Assembly (NCBI GenBank): GCA_022813965.1
Contig: JALDZS010000049.1
Span: forward strand, 62,001-126,000
Direction of reading: 5' to 3'
Length of the DNA: 64,000 bases
Origin: Toensbergia leucococca
Taxonomy: Eukaryota
Part shown: positions 40,628 through 51,876 of the stretch, piece by piece
How positions within the stretch are numbered: the stretch's first letter is position 1
Layout: every line of letters starts with the position of its first letter
Program-made: the position numbers and the translations under genes
Notes under the pieces: generated by a model
Told to the model about the DNA's origin: nothing
The model's database searches: none
What the model saw: the letters and a program-made list of their open reading frames with translations, nothing else

Positions 40628-41367
40628 TTATTGTAAGCATATCCCCAAAAACTCCTCCCTATCAATCGCTCCGTCCCCATCTAAATCAAACTCCTCAATC
40701 ATAGCGGCCAATTCCTCCTCCTCCAATGCCTCCCCGAGCTCTCTCGCCACCCTCCTTAGATCCTGCAAATTTATCTTTCCCTTTCCCCCCTCATCGAACA
40801 ATTCAAAAGCCCTTAGGATTTCGTCCCGAGGATCTCGCGCCAGGATTCGCTGGGCCATGATTGTCTGAAATTGAGCAAAGGGAAGGAGCAAACGGGTCGC
40901 ATGTGGAGCGTTGGTGGAGGTGGGGTCTGAAGGGATTCCGTGCGCTTGAAGGATGGATAAAATTTCGGATTTGGGGAGTTCGAAGCCGAGGGCTTTCATG
41001 GCAACTTTGAGTTCGTGGTAGTCGATCTTTTGGTCTTTATCTAGGTCGAATAGCTGGAACTGTGGAGCGGGAGGATGAAGTGTCAGATTAAGGCAAAATC
41101 TTCCAGGACTAAGTCCTGTGTCTAGGGGAGGAGACGGCCTACGGCTTCCCGAATCTCTTCCTGTTGTTCTTGGGTGAGCTTGTTTTGTTCTTCACGCTCC
41201 AATCGCTCTTTTTCCTGACGCTCGCGATCGCGTTCGAGGCGCTGAGCCTCGCGCTGTTGCTGAGTCGTTGAGGCACCGAAAGCAGCCGCACTAGAACGGT
41301 CCGGGAGCTTGCCTAGGTTTGTACCATAGGGTCTCGATGGGAAAGCCGGGTGGGCTGACGATGCCAT
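40628..41367 (-). CDS. CDC31: Centrin (spindle pole body / TREX-2 EF-hand protein); intron 41060-41142
   Basis: '[32 protein letters not shown]', '[10 protein letters not shown]', '[13 protein letters not shown]'. Confidence 0.95.
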
Positions 41368-41469
41368 TGATGTGCGTGTGTCTAGGGTCTAAGAGGATAA
41401 TGGCGTTCAGGTAGCTCCTTGAGATGTAGGGATATGGAATCAGCAATGTGTGAGGAATACGCGGCAGGA

Positions 41470-41486
41470 ACGCGTTGTTCGCGAAA
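41470..41486. promoter_or_regulatory. MCB/SCB-like G1/S elements upstream of CDC31
   Basis: ACGCGT at 41470-41475 and CGCGAAA at 41480-41486, about 100 bp upstream of the centrin ATG. Confidence 0.55.
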
Positions 41487-41865
41487 CCGAGCGAAACCCT
41501 AAGCTCGTTTGCGATTCTGTATTTACTCTAGAATAGATGCGGGTCGGACCGAGGCTGCAAGGATCTTCTTAATCTCAGCTTCATAAATCCTCTAAGACTC
41601 CGGATGAGTGACCCATGTTAGCTTTGTTCAACGGAATATCAAGGCATCATTCTTTCCGGTGTTGCACTCCGTAGAATTTCAGATATCCCTGTGTTGATGC
41701 TTTGCTCTGTTTTCGTGGATTATTCAAGTCCTTCACCAATCGAGATCATTAACTACGTCACGCAAAGTTGGACTACGCTTTCTATTCAGGTTCCGAGCCG
41801 TGAGATATCGGCCATCTCAATATTTCGCAACAGGCTATTGCTTGCAGATACCAGAGAATAACATC

Positions 41866-42802
41866 ATGCCAAGTGTTCTGATTGTCGGAGCCACAAGAGG
41901 TTTGGGTGCCTCACTCGTGGATGAGTATCACAAAGGCAAGAATGCCGTGTTTGCTACTAGCCGATCTTCAGAGGCACCTACATCCAGACCAGATGTAACA
42001 TATATACCTCGTATTGATGTTGCGTCCGAAAACGCCGGACCAACTCTTGTCTCCAAGTTGAAACCCTCCGTATCGAAACTGGATACTGTGATTATTACCG
42101 CAGGTTATTTCGGTAAAGAGTCCTTTGACGAGCCAAGATGGGAAGAGGAAGTTAAGATGTACACTATAAGCTCTATTGGCCCGGTCTTTCTCGTCCACGC
42201 ATTGGTTAAGGGAGGATTGATGGCAAGGGGAAGCAAAATAATTCTCGTGAGCTCCGAGAGCGGAAGTATTACTTTAAGACATGAAAGCGAAGGAGGCGGT
42301 AATTACGGCCATCATGCCAGCAAAAGTGCCTTGAACATGGTGGGGAAGCTTCTCAGTCTCGATTTGAAAGAGAAGGAAATTGCGGTTGGAATAGTCCACG
42401 TTAGAGAGATGCATCCCGTCCGTGGAAAAGGAAAAAACTAACATCTAATTAGCCGGGTTTCATGCGAACAGAGATGACAAAAAGTATCGGCTTTGATCAA
42501 TTTTGGGACGCCGGCGGAGGTGAACGATTCAATTACCAAACCCCAAGTTTGATGCACACTACAGCTGATTCAGTGAATTAGCTGTCACACCTGATGAAGC
42601 AGCTACTTCACTCGTCGAGTTTATCGAGAAATTTGACATGAAGATGACTGGAGAGTATTGGGCGCCACGGGGACCAAGGTCAGTGAATTCAATTTCCCTA
42701 CAGAGTACGCCTTACACTCACCCTTCAAATCACAGAGACATTGGGACCTCTGAGGCAGTACTGGGGAAAGACCTTCCTACGCCACTTCAGCTGCCTTGGT
42801 GA
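41866..42802 (+). CDS. Short-chain dehydrogenase/reductase (C-factor/CsgA-like); exons 41866-42399, 42453-42519, 42582-42678, 42736-42802
   Basis: 'VLIVGATRGLG' Rossmann motif, 'YGHHASKSALNM', spliced 'VHPGFMRTEMT', ends 'LPW'. Confidence 0.9.
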
Positions 42803-43628
42803 ACAACGATGAGGTGTGCCTAATTCCCAGTACCGAGCCGCAATTCCTCAAGGACTTGGCAATTTCAAATGCTGTGAACATTGGGCCAGCAGATTCAAAA
42901 GTTAGTGTCGGTAGAACGGGAAAGTCTTTGAATTGAACTTTGAACGGGTTGACATTGCCAAAATGGCGAAGAACAGTTTTGCGGCCAAATCAATCTGCTA
43001 CCCTACTTGTGTGCGTACGAGTACAAGATACAAAACAAATTACAATAAAATACTAGTACTTCTGTGCCTCGTAGGCTGTTTCTTCTTGTGAGCTAAGCAG
43101 TAGGTAGCCGTGCTCCAGGACTTACTAATTGACTGCCTTGTTGTCCTCCGGGCGATTGAATTCATGATCTAGACCATCATATTCAAACAGCCTGGATTTG
43201 CGAATGGATGCCTGTGATGAGTATCCTGTGGCCTGTGATGTTGATGCCTACAAGTTCTTGTCCACTTAGATTCTCTTAGTCTGACGTTAGTGTCGTGCTA
43301 ATGCCGTTAGTGGAATCCTTTTCTGACCTCAGAACATCTTAACTCGAGGAGCGCGTTCACGCCCAATCTACTTAACAACCACATTCCGTTTACTTCGACC
43401 TCCTACTCTCACTCCTTTGCCCCACATGAAATTTTCCTTACCTCTTCACTTGGAGATCCTCTTGATATTTCGACGCTCTTAGTGTATTGCCTCGTACGGT
43501 AGCGCGTTTTGAGCGCAAACCATTCCCCGTCTACATTATCCGTTCGACTCACTTCAATACTTCTAACAAATTCTAAACCTCACCTGCACACGCCTTGTCT
43601 TTTTCTTTTCAACAGGACATCAGCAAAA

Positions 43629-46600
43629 ATGTTCGGCGGTTTTGGACAAAACAACAATAGTCAGCCACAACAGAACAACGGGTTTGGGGGGTTTGGCTCA
43701 AACAATAACGCAGCAGGGTCAGGTAGGTCTTCTTCAAATTTACTATTCCTGCCGCTTCCATGTTTTACGGTTGTCTTTGACCGCTGCGGATTCGGCTCGA
43801 CATTTTGGACGATCGGAAACCTTCGAGATCTCACGTTCTAATGCCATCTCTGGTATCTTCTAGGCTTCGGTCAACCACAGAATACTGGCTTTGGTAGCGG
43901 TGCAAACAATACAGGCGGTGGTCTTTTTGGCTCCAGTAACAACAACGCCTTTGGAACTGGAGGTACGTCGTTGCCTTTATACTCCGTAGCCCAGATTCGA
44001 TCTGCTGGATCGTTCTCGTGGGTTCGAATAGTACAGGACTTTAGGATTCTGGTTGTTGCCAAAAACCAGCATTTGGAAGTCACATAAATTACTTGCTTTG
44101 ACTTTTCTGTCTGTATCCAGTCTCCATGTCTGTTATGTACAGCTTTGGTACAAAACTCGATGGGCATACTGCAGAAGCAGCACCTTCTCATTATTTCGAA
44201 CCACTACTGACTAATGTGTTTCCTATAGCCTCAGGATTCGGAGCCTCTACATCCAACTCAAACCTGTTTGGTGGTGCCAATAAGCCCGCTTTTGGTACTC
44301 CGGCCACTAGCAGTGGGAGCTTGTTTGGAAATGGCGCTACAGCTACCACGGGCGCATCCAATGGCTTTAGTGGTTTTGGAGCGCAAAACAACACGAGTAA
44401 CAATTCTTCGCCGTTCAACACACAAAACAATGGAAGTCTCTTTGGGGGGGCGAACAAACCAGCCTTTGGTGGCGCAAATACTGGGAGCGGGTTATTTGGT
44501 TCTGGATCTAGCGCAAATTCGTTTGGACCTGGAAATAACCAATCAACCAGCGTCTTCGGTCCTCAAAGTACGGCGCTCGGTGGCAACAACACGGAATGTC
44601 AAGGCACCGGCAGTACTCCTTTCCAAGCCTATACCGAGAAAGAAGGAGCAGGTAGCACTACAACAAATCACTTCCAGAGTATAAGCTTCATGCCTCCTTA
44701 TCAAAAGTTCTCTTTCGAGGTATGTTCAACCCAAGGCTGACCGAATAAAAGTTGAAAAATTCTAATGATGTACAGGAGCTGAGAACTGCAGACTATAACC
44801 AAGGGCGGCGCTATGGTAATAGTAATGGCCAAGCTGGTGCATTTGGAAGCAGTACTCCATTTGGAGGCTTTGGGCAGCAAAATACTGGTGGAGCCTTTGG
44901 TACGTCAGCACCTGCCACCAGCGGTAGTCTGTTCAGCAATCCTCCCACCAGCACCTCGTCACCTTTTGGAGGCACACAGACAGCAGGTGCTGGCTTTGGA
45001 TCCAGTAGCACTAGTGGTAACATTTTTGGTGCAAAACCCACAGGCAGCAGTACGTTCAACGCTCAATCAAGTGCCCCACAAACCTCTAATCTTTTTGGAA
45101 CCACTTCCCAGCCTGCCTTGAGTACAGGAAGTGCTAATGGGTTCGAAAACAACACAGGCACTTCATCGTTGTTTGGGAATGGGGCACAACAACAGCAAAA
45201 GCCTGGGTTTTCTTTTGGTGGGACTGGTACAGCCAATACTGGTGGCTTTGGTGCTGCAGCTGGACCGTCTAGTGCAACTGGTGGCGGCCTCTTCGGGACA
45301 GCGCAGCAGTCGCAGCAGCCAGTCGCCTCAAACCCTTTTGGCGGTTTCGGGACAGGCCAGCAAAATCAGAATCAACCGAATACGGGTTCTGCATTCGCAG
45401 GATTTGGGGGCAATAACCAGCAGCAGCAGAAATCAGGATCGATTTTCGGCTCCAATCCTTCGACTACAACCGGAGGCGGCCTGTTCGGTACCAATAACCA
45501 AGCGAACAATCAACAATCTTCGGCACCTAGCTTGTTTGGAAACACTAACAATAATCAATCTAGTGGTGCTTCTTTATTTGGGCCAAAGCCAGCAACCACT
45601 GCCGCAGGGAGTAGCTTGTTCGGTACCAATAACGCTACGAACAGCAACAGCACAGGATCTGGGTTGTTCGGGGGCGGGGGCTTTGGGAACAACAGCAACG
45701 GCCAAAATCAACAGAACCAAACCAGCAATCTCTTTGGCACCACTCAGCAGCAAAAGCCTGGCAGCACTTTTGGCAGCACTGCACCAGCAATTGGTGGTTC
45801 TCTTTTCAACACTAATAATAATCAGCAGCCCAGTGGTGGCTCAATTTTCGGCGGCTTGGGCAATGGGACTCAGACCCAGCAACAACCCAGTGGTCTATTC
45901 GGCATGAACAATTCCGGATCTTCAAGTATCTACAATAATTCGCAACAACAGCAGAACCCACTGCAAGCTCCGGAGACTATGACAACTTCATTGTCGGCAG
46001 CCAATCCATGGGGTAGCTCATCTATATTCAGTGGCCTACCTCCACCCCCGCAAATGAATGCAGGACCAATTGCGACCCCGATCTCAGGTGGCCAGAAAAC
46101 ACGAAAGCCTGCTATCCTACCACAATTTAAGATTAATCCGAATGCGAGTACTCGGCTTGTGACCCCACAGAAACGTGGTTACGGGTTTTCGTACTCCACG
46201 TACGGAACACCGTCTAGTATATCCAGTAATGCAAGCACTCCTGGGGGCCTAAGTAGTAGCCTTCTTGCGGGAAGCATTGGCCGAGGGCTAGGGAAGAGTT
46301 TGTCAACGAGCAATCTTCGTCGTACCTTTGACAGCGACGGAGACAGCCTTCTCTCACCGGGCGCGTTTTCGGCTGGTAGTTCTCGTCAACCTGGCACTGG
46401 AAGCCTGAAGAGACTGACTATTGATCGTACCCTCCGTACAGACCTTTTCGGGAGTCAAGGCGTTACGACCTTGCCAAGCTCCGAGAAGGAAGATCCATCT
46501 CGACAGCCCGGAATTTTGAAAAAGAAAGTCAGCTTCGATACCAGTACTATTGGCGGAAACGGCACCGAATCGGATGGGAACGGCTATGGTCTAACGGACC

Positions 46601-49600
46601 GTACGGAGATTAGCAGTGCTACACCAACTGCTCAAGAGCAGGGCTTCTTAAGATCGCCGTCACGCAACAATGGCATCTTTGGCGGGCCTCATTCAAATGG
46701 AGCACCTGCTCAATCGCAAATGGGGCAGGTGAAAGGTAACGAACTTGCTATCGTCCACGAAGATGGCTCTCCAGAGCCCTTGCCTGCTCCTTCTCGGGTT
46801 CCCCTGCAGAATCCACAGGTCGACCCAGAACCTGGACAGTACTACATGGTACCCTCGCGGGATGAGTTGAGAAAGATGTCTCGTGAACAACTAAAGAAGA
46901 TATCAGGGTTCGTTGTTGGGCGGCAGGGTTGTGGACATGTCGTATTCGATAGGCCGGTCGATATCACTACGGTCAACCTAGACGATATCTTTGACAATAT
47001 TGCTGTCATCACTGTGCGATCTTTGACAGTGTACCCAGATCCAGCTAAGAAACCAGCCCGAGGCAAAGGTCTGAATGTACCGTCTACTATAACCCTTGAG
47101 AACTCATGGCCAAGACAAAAAGATAAAACGACACCGCTTTTCGAAAAGAGTGGCCCCCGATTTCAAAAGCATGTCGATCGTCTACGCGGGGTGAAAGGCA
47201 CCGAGTTTGTCAAATACGACAAGGACACTGGCGCTTGGGTGTTCAAAGTACCACACTTCACAACCTATGCGTTAGATTTTGACGATGACGCAAGCGAAGG
47301 GGAGAGTTTACAAACGAGCACGATGAGCGCAATGCCTGATACACCCACTCCTAAGACTCGAAATCCGCGACACCAATACACACCAATGCCGATAGCATCT
47401 AGAGAAGATTCTTCAATTTTAACAAATGACCTGTCTCAAATCAGCTCAGGTCCAGAAGATACGTTCGAATTTAAGAAAAAGGGACTGCCGGGATCATTTG
47501 AAGATGCTGTTACGATTGATGATGACCAAGAAATGGAAGAAATTGACGACAATGAGGATTCTTTTTTAGAGGATGGCTCGTCCGCTTCGCCTTCCGATAG
47601 CGGTGTTGATGAGCCAAGCGAATTGGAGGAAGTGTCTGCTGAACTGGACGATGGGTCCGTGGTGGTTGAGGAAAACGAAATGGATACCGTGGGCCATGAG
47701 CCAAAGCCCCTTAGCATTGAGAACGCCCTAATGCCGAAATCGATTCTCAAGGCCAGTCAGCCGCCTCTCATCACTTTCGGTACGCCCGGAAAGCCAAATT
47801 TCAATGTTACTGGAGACTGGGCCGAACAATTGCAACGTACTATCAGCCCCCGGAAGCAGGATCGCCAAGCTCTTCGTGCATGTCAGGCAACCCTACTGAA
47901 TGATAGAGATGCTGACAATGACAATACGCCTCGAGCACTTTCGGACAAGAATGGCACTGGGCAGGAATTTGCGACAAGTATTGACCTGATGAATTCCATT
48001 TTTGGAAAGGAGCAGGCACGAAAGAGCGGACGAGGTGTCAAGCAGGGAACGAAAGGGAAAGGCTTTGAGGTTTGACCATCTCCTTATTTCTTGGCGCTTC
48101 TTTCCTATTTCAGAGGATAAACGAAGAAAACGATGCTGTTCTCTTGCCAAATCATATACGTAGCAAATGAAATGAAAGAGCATGAAGCTGAGTGTAAATT
48201 GTTTATAGTGGCCTTACTCGAAGAAATCCAAAACATACGACGGTGATGAAAACGACATGCTCGAGATGGAGCAGGAGTACCATAAATCTTACAAGCCAAA
48301 TTGGGGTCCAGGAGGTGCATTACTCTACGCCATGCCAAGTACTATCGATTTGTCTCGAATGAAGTCTACTCAGACAGACGCCATCTTAAAAGATCAGGCA
48401 GGAGCGCTGGTATCCGAAGGGAAAGATATCCGGTTCGCCAAACTTACTGCCACACTTGGTGTAAGGCAACACTACTCCCAAACTTGATCCAGAAGTCTCT
48501 GACGCTAATCATTCGTAGCTCGTTCCGGAAACGCTCGATAAGCAGCGAGCTTACACTGAGTTCTCGCTAGACCAGAAGGTACCCTTCGCCAGCACCCAAC
48601 GAATTCCTTTCGAGGTGATTAGACCAGGCAGTCTTCACAAGTCCAGCAACGAGAGATATGTTTGGGAACTTGCACGAATCCTTTTCGACGACTATGATGA
48701 CGACATCTCGAAAGGCGTGCCTGCTGCTGAGAGATCATCATTTGAGCACCGCATTAGGAAGGATCGTCTTTCGGTGTTTTGGCAGTCTCTCTGTCAAAAT
48801 TCGGCAACGGAAGCTGTGGCGATAGCTCCCACAGCCGAAGAACGAGCTATTGCATATCTCTCGGCGAAAAAGGTGACGGAAGCTTGTGATACATTGATCG
48901 AAGGCAAAGACTTTCGCCTAGCTACGCTGGTGGCCCAAATTGGGGGTGATCATATCATGCGAGAGGACATGACCACCCAGATCATTGAGTGGAGGCGTCT
49001 AAATGTCCTTTCTGAAATGACCGAGCCTATCCGAGCCCTATATGAATTACTTGCGGGGAATACCTGCCTTTGTGAGGGAAAGAAAGGGCCGTTGGAGGAT
49101 AGAGCAAAGACTTTTGTATTGAGCGATCGCTTTAACCTCGATTGGAAGAGAGTATTCGGCTTCAAATTATGGTATGCAGTGCTAGCAGAAGAGCCCATCG
49201 AAGCTGCGGTTGAAAAGTATGCGGCAGACCTTGGGCGCGACGAAGGCAAGAAGCCTGTTCCTAGCTTCATCGAGGGAGGAGCAGATCTTCTCTGGCATGA
49301 CAACGACAAAGACGAGCGCGAAGACGTCCTATGGGGCCTTCTGAAGCTCTACGCTTCTTCGAAAGTCTTCGCAACTACTGCGTCTGTGATAGATGTTATC
49401 ATGCCGCAAAATACGACAGGAAATCCAGTTGATGCGAGACTTAGCTTCCAACTATACCATACCCTGACTGCCCGTTTCCCTACGGATGACACTGCGAAAG
49501 CCGATCAACTTGCTTGGGATTTTGCAGCTCAGCTAGAGTCTGGTGGAGAATGGATCTGGGCAATCTTCGCTCTTCTCCACCTCTCTGATCAAAAACAACG

Positions 49601-50297
49601 TCAGGGAGCATTGCAATCGATTCTAGCACATCACGCAGTAGAGATAACCGACGTGGACTCTTCTCAGTTCAAGACACTCACTCAAGAGTTCAAGATCCCG
49701 GAACCTTGGATCTGGGAAGCTGTGGCGCTGTATGCACGTTCGGTAGAGCAAGACCATGCCAAGGAAGTAGAGTACTTGCTAAAAGCAGAAAATTGGGAGG
49801 AAGCGCACAAAACTCTTTGCCGCATCGTGGCTCCCCAAGCTGTGATTGAGCAAGACTACGATAGATTACAGCAGCTCCTCAACGGGTTTTATAACAAGGA
49901 CAAGGTACGCAATTGGTACTCGGGCGGGCAGGTCTACGAAGACTACGCTCGACTCATCAGAGGCGTGAGTGCGCAAGAGAGGAACGGGGTACTAAAGCGG
50001 CTGTTGAATGCGTTGCCGTCTATGGTGAACGAGAGACCTAGAGAGCTTGCGTTTGCCGAGATGATTGCCGTGCAGGAGATGAGCCGGGTTGTAGGAAGGG
50101 CCATACTGGATGGTAAAATCAAGGTAAGCACTTGCGTACTTGGTCGGTCTGTCTTGGGTAAAACATTCTAACAGTGTTCACAGGGCATTGAAGGGGCGAA
50201 AGTACTGCAGCTCCCACTCACGGAGGATGCGTACCTGCAAAACACAGTGGATTTGAGCTTGCAGTATTACAGGGCGGTTATGGCTGCTGGGGGGTGA
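43629..50297 (+). CDS. NUP98: Nucleoporin Nup98-Nup96 precursor (Nup145/SonB type); exons 43629-43722, 43864-43962, 44229-44719, 44776-48069, 48209-48460, 48519-50123, 50184-50297
   Basis: FG/GLFG repeats, GLEBS 'FQSISFMPPYQKFSFEELRTADY', autopeptidase domain ending 'KVPHF|T' (47254-47262), Nup96 helical domain. Confidence 0.95.
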
Positions 50298-50744
50298 AAA
50301 TACCCATTTCTTTTGATACTGAAAATTGTACTTGCGGTTGGAGGTCTGGGTCTACCTTGATGGCCACAGGGCGGAATTGCTGATGAGAGAAGGCGCTTCT
50401 AGCGATGGTATTGCTGTACAACAGGCAGGATGAGCAAGGGGAAGCATAGCGTAGCATCTTTAGCGTAAATAACAGATCCAGATCCAAATGAGCAATAGAC
50501 ATAGCCTCGATCTTCAGTCATATCGAACCAGAACGCAAGTTCTGTATCTAACCCAACACATAAAAACATCATCAATCCAATCTAACCAAGTACCGAAACT
50601 TCCGTGTCGTCAACCTCTCTCGCACCCATCACAAGTTCTCGCACCACCGCCAAAACCAAAAAAACAATCTCACCCCTTTTTTCCTCAACCCAACATCATC
50701 CATCATCCACCATCCACCAGCCCCCAACAAAAAACCACACCACA

Positions 50745-51491
50745 ATGCCCCCGCCCTCCCAACCCCCCCCAAAACCCCCCCTAACCCTCCACCCCTCCAC
50801 AACCCTCTCCCCCACCGCCGTCCTAACAGGCACCTACCCCATCTCCATCTCCGCCTCCACCATCATCCACCCCCGCGCCCGCATCTCCTCCACCCACGGC
50901 CCCATCTCCATCGGCCCCGGCTGCATCCTCTGGGAAAGATGCCACATCGGCTCCAAAGGCCGCCCCCCACTCGCCACTACTACTACTACCGCCGGGCAGA
51001 AAGATCTCGGAGAAGAGGAGGAGGAGGAGGAGGAGGGAGTGGTGTTGGAGGGGGGGGTTGTTGTTGAGGCGGGGGCGTTGGTGGAGGCGCGGAGGGTGGG
51101 GGAGGGGACGGTTGTGGAGGCGGGGGGGAGGTTGGGGAGGGGGAGTTTGGTGGGGAAGGTTTGTTTTTTTTTTTTGTTTTTTTGTTTTTTGTTTCCTTTT
51201 TTCTGTTTACTCTTGGTTACATCTCTCTACCCAACCTCAAGCCCCCAACCCCCCCACCTTTTTTTCCCTCAGCTTATGTGATATCCATCGGAGTAACAGC
51301 ACTGCAAGATCGCGCCCTACTGCCGCGTGGCGGAGAATGAAACGCTGGCTGATTTCACGGTCGTGTGGGGGGTTGGGGAGCGGAGGGTTGAGAAGCCTGG
51401 GTTGGAGGGGTTCAGGGTGAGGGCGGTGGAGAGGGAGGGGGTGCTGTTGAGGGGGTTAGTTGTTGGAAATAGTGGTGGTGGTAAGGGCTGA
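50745..51491 (+). CDS. Trimeric LpxA-like hexapeptide-repeat protein, dynactin p27 (DCTN6)-like; intron 51159-51299
   Basis: 'LTGTYPISISASTIIHPRARISSTHGPISIGPGCILWERCHIG'; spliced 'VGKHCKIAPYCRVAENETLADFTVVWG'. Confidence 0.8.
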
Positions 51492-51876
51492 GAGGGGTTG
51501 AGGAAAGAGTGGAAAGTCGGCAGTGGTAGCTTTGATTACTTCTAGAGAATAGGGAGGTTTACAAAGGGTGCGAAAAGACTTAAGTTTTTGCATCGGGATG
51601 TACAGCCGGAGAATCGTCCCAGGGATTAGATGGGACAAGAGATTAAGCGTTAGATATAGTACTAGTAATACACGGGTACTAGACGGTGACTCGTACACAG
51701 TACAGTTACATCCGGCATCAACGCAAGACGAATGCAAATTTGCCTTCAACTCCAGCCCGAGTCTGCCATATGCACATGCCCAGCCACCCAGCGCCTCTTG
51801 ACAAAACACACCTTGAATGAAGTAAAAAGACGTGTAGGAAACCAATGAAAACTTAACACAAGCTCCCTCGTATGTT

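Noticed and set aside
45131..45907. 258-aa alternative-frame ORF within NUP98
   Set aside because: Shadow frame of the FG-repeat region with biased composition
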